Of a stretch of DNA of 64,000 nt, positions 1-9,897 are shown one piece after another. Both the position numbers and the translations under genes were made by a program. Positions within the stretch are counted from its first letter, which is position 1. Each line of letters begins with the position of its first letter. The notes below the pieces were generated by a model. That model saw only the letters and a program-made list of their open reading frames with translations, ran no database searches and was not told where the DNA came from. The DNA comes from Macrostomum lignano (lineage: Eukaryota), in contig NIVC01001917.1 in the NCBI GenBank assembly GCA_002269645.1, positions 157,942 through 221,941 on the forward strand, given 5' to 3'.

Positions 1-1075
1 GCTATCTGGGGGATGCTTGCTATCTGGGCGGATGCTTGCTATCTGGGGGGATGCTTGCTATCTGGGAGGATGCTTGCTATCTGGGGGATGCTTGCTATCT
101 GGGGGATGCTTGCTATCTGGGTGGATGCTTGCTATCCGGGGGATGCTTGCTATCTGGGGGGATGCTTGCTATCTGGGGGATGCTTGCTATCCGGGGGATG
201 CTTGCTATCTGGGGGATGCTTGCTATCTGGGGGATGCTTGCTATCCGGGGGATGCTTGCTATCTGGGAGGATGCTTGCTATCTGGGTGGATGCTTGCTAT
301 CTGGGTGGATGCTTGCTATCTGGGGGATGCTTGCTATCTGGGGGGATGCTTGCTATCTGGGGGATGCTTGCTATCTGGGGGATGCTTGCTATCTGGGTGG
401 ATGCTTGCTATCCGGGGGATGCTTGCTATCTGGGGGATGCTTGCTATCCGGGGGATGCTTGCTATCTGGGGGGATGCTTGCTATCTGGGTGGATGCTTGC
501 TATCCGGGGGATGCTTGCTATCTGGGGGATGCTTGCTATCCGGGGGATGCTTGCTATCTGGGGGGATGCTTGCTATCTGGGTGGATGCTTGCTATCTGGG
601 GGATGCTTGCTATCCGGGGGGATGCTTGCTATCTGGGTGGATGCTTGCTATCCGGGGGATGCTTGCTATCTGGGGGGATGCTTGCTATCCGGGGGATGCT
701 TGCTATCTGGGTGGATGCTTGCTATCTGGGTGGATGCTTGCTATCCGGGGGATGCTTGCTATCTGGGGGGATGCTTGCTATCTGGGGGGATGCTTGCTAT
801 CTGGGGGGATGCTTGCTATCCGGGGATGCTTGCTATCTGGGGGATGCTTGCTATCCGGGGGATGCTTGCTATCTGGGGGATGCTTGCTATCTGGGTGGAT
901 GCTTGCTATCCGGGGGATGCTTGCTATCTGGGGGATGCTTGCTATCTGGGGGGATGCTTGCTATCTGGGGGATGCTTGCTATCTGGGGGGATGCTTGCTA
1001 TCCGGGGGATGCTTGCTATCTGGGGGGATGCTTGCTATCTGGGGGGATGCTTGCTGTCTTGGGGATGTTTTCTTG
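1..1075. repeat. Minisatellite, 18-19 bp unit GATGCTTGCTATCTGGGG(G)
   Basis: Direct tandem repetition. It explains the three overlapping periodic ORFs at 13-1157. Degenerate copies occur at ~27250-27460 and ~63820-63910. Confidence 0.97.
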
Positions 1076-1520
1076 CTGTCTTGGAGAAGGAAGAAGGAAA
1101 GAAGGAAATGCGCTTAAGAAAAGAAAATGTGCTTTTTTAATTGTTTTCCATGAATAATTTTTGCTCCTTGCTTATCGCAAGACTGCTAGCTTGGTGCTGA
1201 TTTTTAAAGAAATTATTATCCACTGCGATTGCCTTTACTAGCTATGGTTGAATGCAGTTGCCAGGGTGCACACAGCCACTGCCTCTCAGTGCTGAAGACA
1301 TGGTCAGTGAGCAGAGGGGCAAAGCGCTGGGAGGAGAGATGCTGGGAGGCTGACAGGGAAAAAGATTGGGGGAGAATAGCAAGAGCATCATTAGCGAGGC
1401 GGGATTTTTCAGGGACTTCTTGAAATGGCGACGGTGGACTGGAAGCTGGAGTAAATTGAACGCTAATGTGGCCCCGGTTTCCGTCCATTTGAACTTTACC
1501 AGCGGTCCTGAGCAGGCACA

Positions 1521-1640
1521 CAAGCGCGCGGATACGTACGCAGTCATACGCACAGGCACGCACTCACACAGGAGTGTACAGCGGCCCTAATTTTATTTAT
1601 CGTTAGGCATGTACACTTCACTGTGCCTTAGGGGGTTGGC
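1521..1640 (-). mobile_element. Truncated copy of the SINE body at 7496-7613
   Basis: About 120 bp near-identical to 7496-7613 (CAAGCGCGCGGATACGTACG...CTGTGCCTT), in the same orientation. Confidence 0.75.
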
Positions 1641-2104
1641 CTGCCAGTCCTGCAGCATCAGCCGTCTAATCCACGCTCTGATTCTCATTTATATTCGGCA
1701 ATTGAAATCATGTATGAAAAATATTCCCAAATATCTGAATGTTGCAAAATATCTGATTATTATTTATTAACTTTGCGCAGAAGAGCATGAGAAATCACGC
1801 CGTCTTCAGTGGTGCATCTTGCAGTAAACAGGAATATGGGTAGAAATGCATACTATTGTCGAGTGTCGCTGGACTTATTAAATGCGCAAATATGGAAAAT
1901 AATGCCTATTTGGCACGCACACCCCATTTGCAATTTGGGGGAAGTGAGCAGGAGGAGGGAAGGAGAAATTGGAACAATGGGGAAGGCAGCAAACTACGAC
2001 CTAAAAAAGCGAGGGAGGTGGTTGACCCAGCTTTTTTCAGAATCAGAATATTTGCCAGTTTGCGCTTATGATGGTGGGTGTCCAGAATCTTTTTTCGAAT
2101 GCTA

Positions 2105-2410
2105 TATAATAATGATAGTAATAATACATTGCACCTGCCCTGATGAGCGGATGTGCAGCCGACAGCTCAGCCGCAGCTATTGCGCGGCGTATCTGAAGGC
2201 TGCGTACGGCTGTTCAGTCCGAGGACTGGGGGGTCGCCACACACCCTCAATAACCCCAGCTAATGCTGGCACCCATTTTACAGCTAGGTGAACTGAAGCA
2301 ATGCAGAGTTAAGTGTCTTGCTCAAGGACACAAATTGTTCCGAGTGGGATCGGAAATCGAACCCCCGACCTTCAAGTCGTGATTCCGACGCTCTAACCAC
2401 TAGGCTAGAG
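2105..2410 (-). mobile_element. tRNA-derived CORE-SINE (MIR-like core)
   Basis: The minus-strand head TAGCCTAGTGGTTAGAGCG...GGGTTCGATT carries Pol III A and B boxes (2347-2410). 2271-2332 (CCCATTTTACAG..AACTGA.GCA..AGAGTTAAGTGTCTTGCTCAAGGACAC) resembles the MIR CORE. A (TAT)n-like tail lies at 2105-2125. Confidence 0.8.
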
Positions 2411-3137
2411 CCCCCTCCAGATACTATTGACCGGTTACACTGTTCCACCCAAAAGGCAAAAGGTATTTCCCAGAAATTAAAATATGCTTATTAATCCTTA
2501 CAGGTGGGACTAAAATCCTCAACCTGCCACTTACCGTTCTCTCAAGTCAGTTTGAGAACAGTTTAGTTTTGCAAGTTTCAAATCGGGAGGAAAGCTGGAC
2601 GTGCACTATCATCAGCGCAAACTGGCACAGGTGGCAGTGATCCCCCTTGCCAACTGCTATGAACATTTGAATTCGTTCATAGCGCCTAAATCTGAATCAA
2701 AAGGCACTGCAGACAGAGGAAAGCAAAATAATACGAGATTGCAATTACTGCTGGCGGCACGTACAAGTGAGCGCGCGTGGATTGAAGGACTAATTTGACT
2801 GTAAACAGCGTTTTGAATTTTAGTCACGACTCTTTACTGCTTATTGATCGCTGCCTGTCTGCAAGGCGCTGCTCCCTTTCAGGAGCGCTGCTGGGGTGGT
2901 GAGGGAAGTATGAGCTACATTGTAAATAAAATGCGGTCTCCATGACAACCAGTGACTGTACTGAGTGCAACCGGAGAGAACCGGTCCTAGGAAAATAGAC
3001 AGGAATATTTCCTAAAAGGCTCCCATCCCCCAGCTATTGTTCTGAATTGACGCGATAAATATAACGAACAGAATGAGACTCGCACGGCCAAGGAGACTCT
3101 TTATTGCCTTATTCGTTAGCTATTAAACGAAAACAGG

Positions 3138-4299
3138 ATGCACCGCCAATGCCAGAAAGTCAAGCTGCTGCTGTTGCTGCTGGGCTGCACAGCCGCCGGG
3201 CTGCTGTTCGCAAAGCTGCAAGCTCTGAGGGACCTTCAAGAGGCCAGCGCGACCCAGCTTGAAGGCGCATTCGCTAAGCAAGCTGTCCTTACTGGCAGGT
3301 CAGCTGCTGTCATCACAACTGAGCCAACGGTCCCGAACCTGACGGTGCCGCTGAAAACCCTGCCGCCTTCAACTGTGGAAACCGGATGCAAAAGCTTCAA
3401 AGAGCTGCGCGATCTGGACTTCCAACAGCCGGCTCTGCGGCGCGTCCTGTGCAGCGGGGTCAACGCGTACGAGAAGACAGCCGACCGCTTCCCATTGTGC
3501 CAACTGCGGAATCCCTTCGACGAGAGACTCCTCGGGGTTGTGCGCTCGGGCAGCGCCACCGCGGACCTGCTGGACGCGAGCAATTCCAAGGTGAAGATAT
3601 TCGTCTACCCTGACACAGACATGATCTCCGAGGCCATCAAGAAGAATCACCAGGGAAAAGGACCTGGTCCACGCCACCATGAAACTGGTGCAGAGGGTGC
3701 CGAACGTGACCTTCCTGGACGCTGGCTGCAACATTGGCGTGTACAGCCTGCTGGCGGCGAGGCTCGGCCTGCCCGTCGTGTCGCTGGACGCGAACATCCG
3801 CAACCTGCTTCGACTCCGCCTGAGCCTAAAAGCGTCTGCGCTGGACGCTGCTCTTGTGTGGAACTTCATCGGGTCCGGAGACACGCTGAGCTACCTCAAC
3901 TTCCCCGGGGACTGCAACGTCGGCGGAGCGACCAAGTTCGGCCGGGCCGTGACCGACTCGATTCCCGTGATGCCGGTACGCAGCGAGCGGTTGTGTGGTC
4001 TCATCGGCACGCAGAACGTCGTCATCAAGCTGGACATCGAGGGCGGTGAGGCCGACTTCCTGAGAACTTCCGGCTGCCTGTTCAGCCAGTTCACCATAGC
4101 GGCAGTGCAGATGGAGTTCCTCTCCGGCCACATGCAGGGCAACGACAGGGCCTTTATTATCGACTTTTTCACTAGCAGGAACTACACTGTGTGGAAGTCG
4201 GTGTCCTTGAAAGCGCTGGACGCTAGGACGATGAAAGAATCTGATGTGATTTGGATTCAGAAGAAATTCGAGTACCTGCTGCCGCTGCTTAAGTCTTGA
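3138..4299 (+). CDS. FkbM/Methyltransf_21-family SAM-dependent methyltransferase with N-terminal signal anchor; frameshift at ~3654
   Basis: ORF 3138 gives a hydrophobic anchor (LLLLLLGCTAAGLLF), a stem and DMISEAIKK. The second frame (ORF 3679) gives FLDAGCNIG, NVGG and KLDIEGGE. Adding 2 nt at 3654 restores Q-W-E-K-D and a ~387-aa protein. No introns. Confidence 0.85.
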
Positions 4300-5024
4300 G
4301 TATGCGAGCCGATAGTGTCTGAGGACTTTTCTAATGCTCTTTTTAGAATTGACTATGCGTCAAAAACGTTTTTAGTTTTTCAATATTACACGTAGCACCA
4401 ACCTTGCGCTTAGCCTGCCAATTAGTTTATTCCGTCAAATTATTATTTTAATATTTTCTCATCAACGTTAAGTAACGGTCTTAGTGACAATATTTTGTAA
4501 ATCCGCGTTTTTTGTGTTTTAGCTTTTTGCGTCAATTTTTGTAATTTCTGTATCTGTCTGTACGTCGTATTTATCCATAGCTGTAACACCCAAGGTTGTA
4601 GGCCAATAGATAGTAAAGACAGGTTGGGCCATAGACAACACGCAGCACGCAGATTTCTGACTAAAAAACTCGACTGAGAGACTTGCAAGCCTAGGGTAGG
4701 GCATTCAAACTCATGCTAAACGAGCCGATAGTCATCCGTGCTACGGATTGTGCTGGCTCTCATCAGTCCTTGGCAGGACTCTGTGGCCCATTAATTGCAT
4801 GTTTGGGTTTCTAATCCTGGGCTTGCTGGTCTTTCAGTCGAGTTTCTCACTCTGAAATTTGCTTGTTGTCGAGGGCCTAACCTGTCTTTGTACTATATTG
4901 GTTTTTAACTTTGGGTGTCCGTTTTTTATAGCTCAACAAAAGCTGTACTGTTTTTTGTTTACAAGTTTGACTGTTTCGATTTCAGTGTAAGACCTTCAAA
5001 TAAGCAAGAGAGTTCTTGGGGTTG

Positions 5025-5395
5025 GAAGCCATAGTCACAAAAGCCGTAGTTGCAAAAGCCATAGCCATAGAAGCCATAGCCATAAAAAACAATAGCCAAA
5101 GAATTCATAGCCACAGAAGCCATAGCCACAGAAGCCATAGCCATAAAAGCCATAGTCGCAGAAGCCATAGCCATAAAAGCCACAGAAGCCATAGCTATAG
5201 AAGCCATAGCCATAAAAGCCATAGTCGCAGAAGCCATAGCCATAAAAGCTATAGCCATAGAAGTCATAGCCACAGAAGCTATAGCCACAGAAGCCATAGC
5301 CATAAAAGCCATAGTCGCAGAAGCCATAGCCATAAAAGCCGCAGAAGCCATAGCCGTAGAAGCCATAGCCATAAAAGCCATAGCCATAGAAGTCA
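5025..5395. repeat. Degenerate AGCCAT-based simple repeat
   Basis: Mosaic of AGCCAT/AGAAGCCAT/AAAAGCCAT; explains ORFs 4959 and 5016. Confidence 0.9.
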
Positions 5396-5525
5396 AAGCC
5401 GATGCCGCTTGAGTGTCTGTTTCCTCATTTTCTCTTCATTCTCTGTAGCAATTCACAAGTTCCTGTTCGAATACACTTGCTCGAATAAACTGCTGTTTTT
5501 TATTATATCACAGAACTGCGAAATT

Positions 5526-6745
5526 TAACTTTCCCTAGCAATCAGCGCCCCCTTTGGGGGGCCAACAAAGAATGCAATACAAATTTTAAAATAAACTACG
5601 TGTAGCTTCTTCTCTCAATACCCCTGCAATTCCCTTGTAAGCCTTGACATCTCAGTAATTCCACCAGTAAGCCAGTTGAGTGAAATCTATAAACAGCAAT
5701 TGTCTATGCAGTCCGCCAGCCAGTCAGCCAGGGTCAGAATGTACACACGCAGCCAGCATTGAGGCCCACACAGTGGAGAGAGAAAAGTGCCGCAATCTCA
5801 ATTGGAATTGCAAATCAGTCAGTCGAGATTCTTACAATGCATTTAAAAAAAAGGAATTTTGCTTGACCTTTGCAAAAATCATGTTTTTCGAACATTTAAT
5901 CATCTTTCCATTCGACTTTTTCAAAAAACAATGAGATCCAGACAATTTCACAAGAATTTCTATTTGAATAAAGAAAGTTCGATAAAAATCGGTTCAGGCA
6001 TTCAGTATATTTTATATAGAGTATATTGTGAAGATTTAGTGACTAGCAATCAGCGCACAAAGGAGCCAACAAAGATGTACAATATACAAGATGTATACAA
6101 GATGTATCCAAGTATACAAGATGTACAATGTACAATAATGATAAAAAATTACATGTAGCTTTTTACCACAGCCTTTATATATTAGCAATTCCCCTCCAAG
6201 CCTTGCCATCTCAGCAATCCCCCCAAGCCTTGACGTCTCAGCAATCCCCCCAAGCCTTGCCATCTCAGCAATCCCCCCAAGCCTTGACGTCTCAGCAATT
6301 CCCCTCCAAGCCTTGCCATCTCAGCAATCCCCCCAAGCCTTGACGTCTCAGCAATCCCCCCAAGCCTTGACGTCTCAGCAATCCCCTCAAGCCTTGACGT
6401 CTCAGCAATCCCCTCAAGCCTTGACGTCTCAGCAATCCCCCAAGCCTTGACGTCTCAGCAATTCCCCCAAGCCTTGACGTCTCAGCAATTCCCCTCAAGC
6501 CTTGACGTCTCAGCAATTCCCCTCAAGCCTTGACGTCTCAGCAATTCCCCTCAAGCCTTGACGTCTCAGCAATTCCCCTCAAGCCTTGACGTCTCAGCAA
6601 TTCCCCTCAAGCCTTGACGTCTCAGCAATTCCCCCCAAGCCTTGACGTCTCAGCAATTCCCCTCAAGCCTTGACGTCTCAGCAATCCCCCCCAAGCCTTG
6701 ACGTCTCAGCAATTCCCCCCAAGCCTTGACGTCTCAGCAACTCCC
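5526..6745 (+). repeat. Composite dispersed repeat: two head modules plus a 26-28 bp array CAAGCCTTGACGTCTCAGCAAT(T)CCCC (6190-6745)
   Basis: The head AGCAATCAGCGC..CCAACAAAG..TAC(G/A)TGTAGCT occurs at ~5536 and ~6045. Reverse-complement copies lie at 28660-29640 and degenerate units at 7800-8150. Confidence 0.85.
5780..6010 (+). mobile_element. Dispersed repeat (likely non-autonomous DNA element), with copies at ~8940-9130 (+) and ~24830-25050 (-)
   Basis: TTGACCTTTGCAAAAATCATGTTTTTCGAA is shared (reverse complement at 24935-24972). CGGTTCAGGCATTCAGT at ~5990 matches ~9110. Confidence 0.6.
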
Positions 6746-7385
6746 TCAAATATCAGAGTTTGCAGTTGCCAAGATCAATGTTTGCATGTCGCACCAACCC
6801 GATGCTGGAGGCCAACTCTCACAAGTAAAGTTGCTGCTGCATGTGGATTGCTCATTTGAATTTTACAACCGGATCTGAATTTTGCTCAAATTATAAAGCC
6901 TAACCTGGGTTTGGATTGGGAAAAAAACTGTCTCTAACGGAATTTGCACAATTTTAACTACAATTCTGTATAAAACTGCATGGGTTACAACTGCAGTATC
7001 GAGATCAGGTTCCACTAAGTAATTTAAGAGTGTGGAAATTAACAAACAGTGGAGAAAAACAATTAATTAATATTGGATATATTTTTTTTTCTAAGAAGTA
7101 AAATGACTTGTCTAAATTCTATAAAGAAAGCCCTGCAAAGTTTGCTTGCTAATGGCAATAGTGTGATTTCATTTTGCAAAGATTTTGCGGGACTTTTTCA
7201 CATGTTTTTTAACGTAGAAAAGGCGAATTATATATTCTTGGTATAGCAAACAAACAAGCTATGAAGATGCTTTGAGTTACCAAGAATGTCGTTTTAATCT
7301 CTAATATAATATCCAAGCAGTTTTAAACATCCTTGTCATTTAGTGCGAGTAAGTCGCTTTGACAATGAAAAGATTTTTGCCACCC

Positions 7386-7750
7386 ATTTTTTATTAGAGG
7401 CAGGGGGTTGTGTGCACCCTGGCGCCCTTTAAGCGACATTGTCACTCAACCGGCGAGAGGCATTGCTGCCCATTCCGCCGACTCCCCTGAGCAAGCAAGC
7501 GCGCGGATACGTACGCAGTCATACGCACAGGCACACACTCACACAGGAGTGTACAGCGGCCCTGACTGTATTTATCGTTAGGCATGTACACTTCACTGTG
7601 CCTTGGGGGTTGGGCCTTAAGGGCGTTAATTGCACGAGCAGAGCCAAGCCGAAATTCCAGTTTAGCCCCAAATTAATGTGACTGCACTTGGAATCGAGCC
7701 TGGGCCGCTGGCACATCAGAGCGCCGCGCTGGACCACTGGGCAATAGCAA
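7386..7750 (-). mobile_element. tRNA-derived SINE, second family
   Basis: Minus-strand head TTGCCCAGTGGTCCAGCG...GGCTCGATTCC (A and B boxes, 7680-7745), a body shared with 1521-1640, and an A-rich tail TAATAAAAAA at 7386-7395. Confidence 0.65.
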
Positions 7751-8406
7751 TTCCCTCATGCATAAGACTTTTTTATTCAGTCGACAAGGGATTTTTTATG
7801 GATTAACCCTAGCCCTAACTTAACCCTAATCCTGCTGAAACCTCAACATTTCAGGCATTCCCCCATGAGCAAAAGCATTTCAGTAATTCCCCACATAAGT
7901 CTTGGAATCTCAGCAGCTCCCATGGACCTTGAGCCTAAGCATTCCAGATAATTCCCCCATGAGACCTAACAACTCTGCAGTTCACCCCCCGCGCAAAAGC
8001 CTTGACATTTTAGCAATTCCCCCAACAGCCACAGAATTTCAGTAACTATTTCCATGAGCCTGACATCTCAGCAATTTCCGCCCTAAGCCTTGACTCTTAG
8101 AGATTCCCCCCATTTGTCTTGACATCTTAGCAATTCCCAATGAGTCTCATATTCGACAGGGCGCTTTTTTGGTTGACATCGCTTTCATTGAGTTTTCTCT
8201 TTACAAATAGCTTTTATTTAAGAAATTTGCGACATTTCACTAACAGTTTAGCAATGATTCACCAGCACAGTTTCCCACAATCCCTGAGCAGATAGCCACA
8301 AATCTACATATTTCTCAATAAATCGAAATCATTTGAAACGTTTGCAACTTGCAATTAAAGATTGATTTGCAATCCTCTCGAACTTATCACTTTACTGTAC
8401 AAGACA

Positions 8407-8568
8407 GATTAGCAAAGCTCCCTCAAATTAGTGCTGCTCACCCCGATTAGCACAGCTCCCTCAAATTAGTGCTGCTCACCCCGATTAGCACAGCTCCCCC
8501 AAATTAGTGCTGCTCACCCCGATTAGCACAGCTCCCTCAAATTAGTGCTGCTCACCCCGATTAGCACT
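8407..8568. repeat. 38-bp minisatellite, ~4 copies
   Basis: GATTAGCACAGCTCCCTCAAATTAGTGCTGCTCACCCC at 8407, 8445, 8483 and 8521. Confidence 0.95.
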
Positions 8569-9897
8569 ATCCCAGTAAATTAGCACTTACTCATATCAGC
8601 TTTGCACTGATTAACGCATGAATTGAAATTGAATTGATAAAAAAATCTGCATGAATCTGCACGGGAGACAACCATTATTGTCACAGGTTGCAGAGATCAA
8701 TTCTCTGCTTCAATGTAGACTCGAACTGTCAATCTTCTGCTTAGGCTGCTCCATCTGCCTACATACAGTTGCAACGTACAGTGAAGGCAGCTGCACATTA
8801 ATGAGTTGGCTGAGTCACTGCCATTCAGACAGGGTCAGAGAATCTGAATGTACACACGCGACCATTGGTTATTTTTCTCACCTTTGCACCCAGTCAGCAT
8901 TTCACTCTGCCCCTCCAATTCACGCAGTTTTCTGCAAGCTGTGATGCAATAAACTTTATTGCGATTTAGACAGTCACAAGTCACATTAAGCAAATTTGAT
9001 CTTTGCAAAAACAGGTTTCCGAATTTTTAAAGCACTGAACATTTAAGCAGACGGACTAAATTTTAACCAAAGAAATCTTAAATCTTTTGCAGAAAACGCG
9101 ATCAGAATTGGTTCAGGCATTCAGTCTGTTCCATATAGCGAAAATTCTGTAGACAGGGAAAGGACCATAAATGTACATAATACGAGTATTGTACACAATC
9201 AATAAGTTTATTACTTTTCAACTGCACTGGCAGATTTCTCTTTCGCCAGAGTGAATGCGCAATGCTTGGCACACCGTCTCCACATAAAAAAGTTCAGAGT
9301 CAATTTATAGCGGGAATATTCAGAACGCAGTCATGACTGTAGTTATGATTATTGGAACGCAGTTATGATTATTGGAATTGGAATTCAGCCAGTCAAGAAT
9401 TCAACTTGGTTTGGTCTCCCATTAAAAGCATTGGGAAAACTCGTTTTTCGAATATTTCGGTTCAATCTCTAAAGCGTTACAGACAGACAAACAGATATTT
9501 AGTATAGGTAAAAAGATAAAAGATATATTAGAAGATTAGAAGAAGAAGAAGAAGAAGATACTCGTAGATTAGAAGATAGATTTGATTAGAGATTTAGTAT
9601 ATTTAGGTTTGTGCAGCAAGTTTTGTTTCATGGAAAACCTAAACCGAAATCGTAGCCTTCAGAAGCCATCATAGCAGTTGCTCGAAATAACTTATCAACT
9701 TATGCAGTGCACATACACTCAGCAACATGTTAAAGATTCCACCCCGAAGCCAGTGGTCAGCAAGTGGCAGCAGCTTTAATCCAGCCCAAGCCATAACTCT
9801 CCACTCTCTCCTCACTCCATATTCTATGGCTTAAACTGGCTGACGGGTAGGTGCACACAGAGACACAAAACCAGGTGCCAATTCCACCATCCTTCAG

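Noticed and set aside
13-1157. Three ~370-aa ORFs, and similar long periodic ORFs at 13102-14274, 15153-15737, 20478-21083, 25447-27211, 37929-38796, 56094-56840 and 57466-58884
   Set aside because: These are stop-free translations of tandem repeats, open in several frames, and most lie in introns.
2139-2170. CTGATGAG within the SINE as a hammerhead core
   Set aside because: No GAAA follows the putative stem II, and the motif is antisense to the SINE.
2347-2410. Functional tRNA genes (also 7680-7745, 25316 and 27490)
   Set aside because: The acceptor and anticodon stems are broken and the heads are fused to SINE or repeat bodies.
4711-4785. Hammerhead ribozyme candidate on the minus strand (CUGAUGA flanked by hairpins, stem GAGCC/GGCUC)
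   Set aside because: GAAA is replaced by GUUU, there is no stem III, and the NUH triplet is out of register. At most a dead relic.
1260-7423. 6.1-kb TIR transposon capturing the methyltransferase (27-bp inverted match at 1260 and 7396)
   Set aside because: There is no TSD or transposase, and the right-hand copy is better explained as a SINE 3' end.
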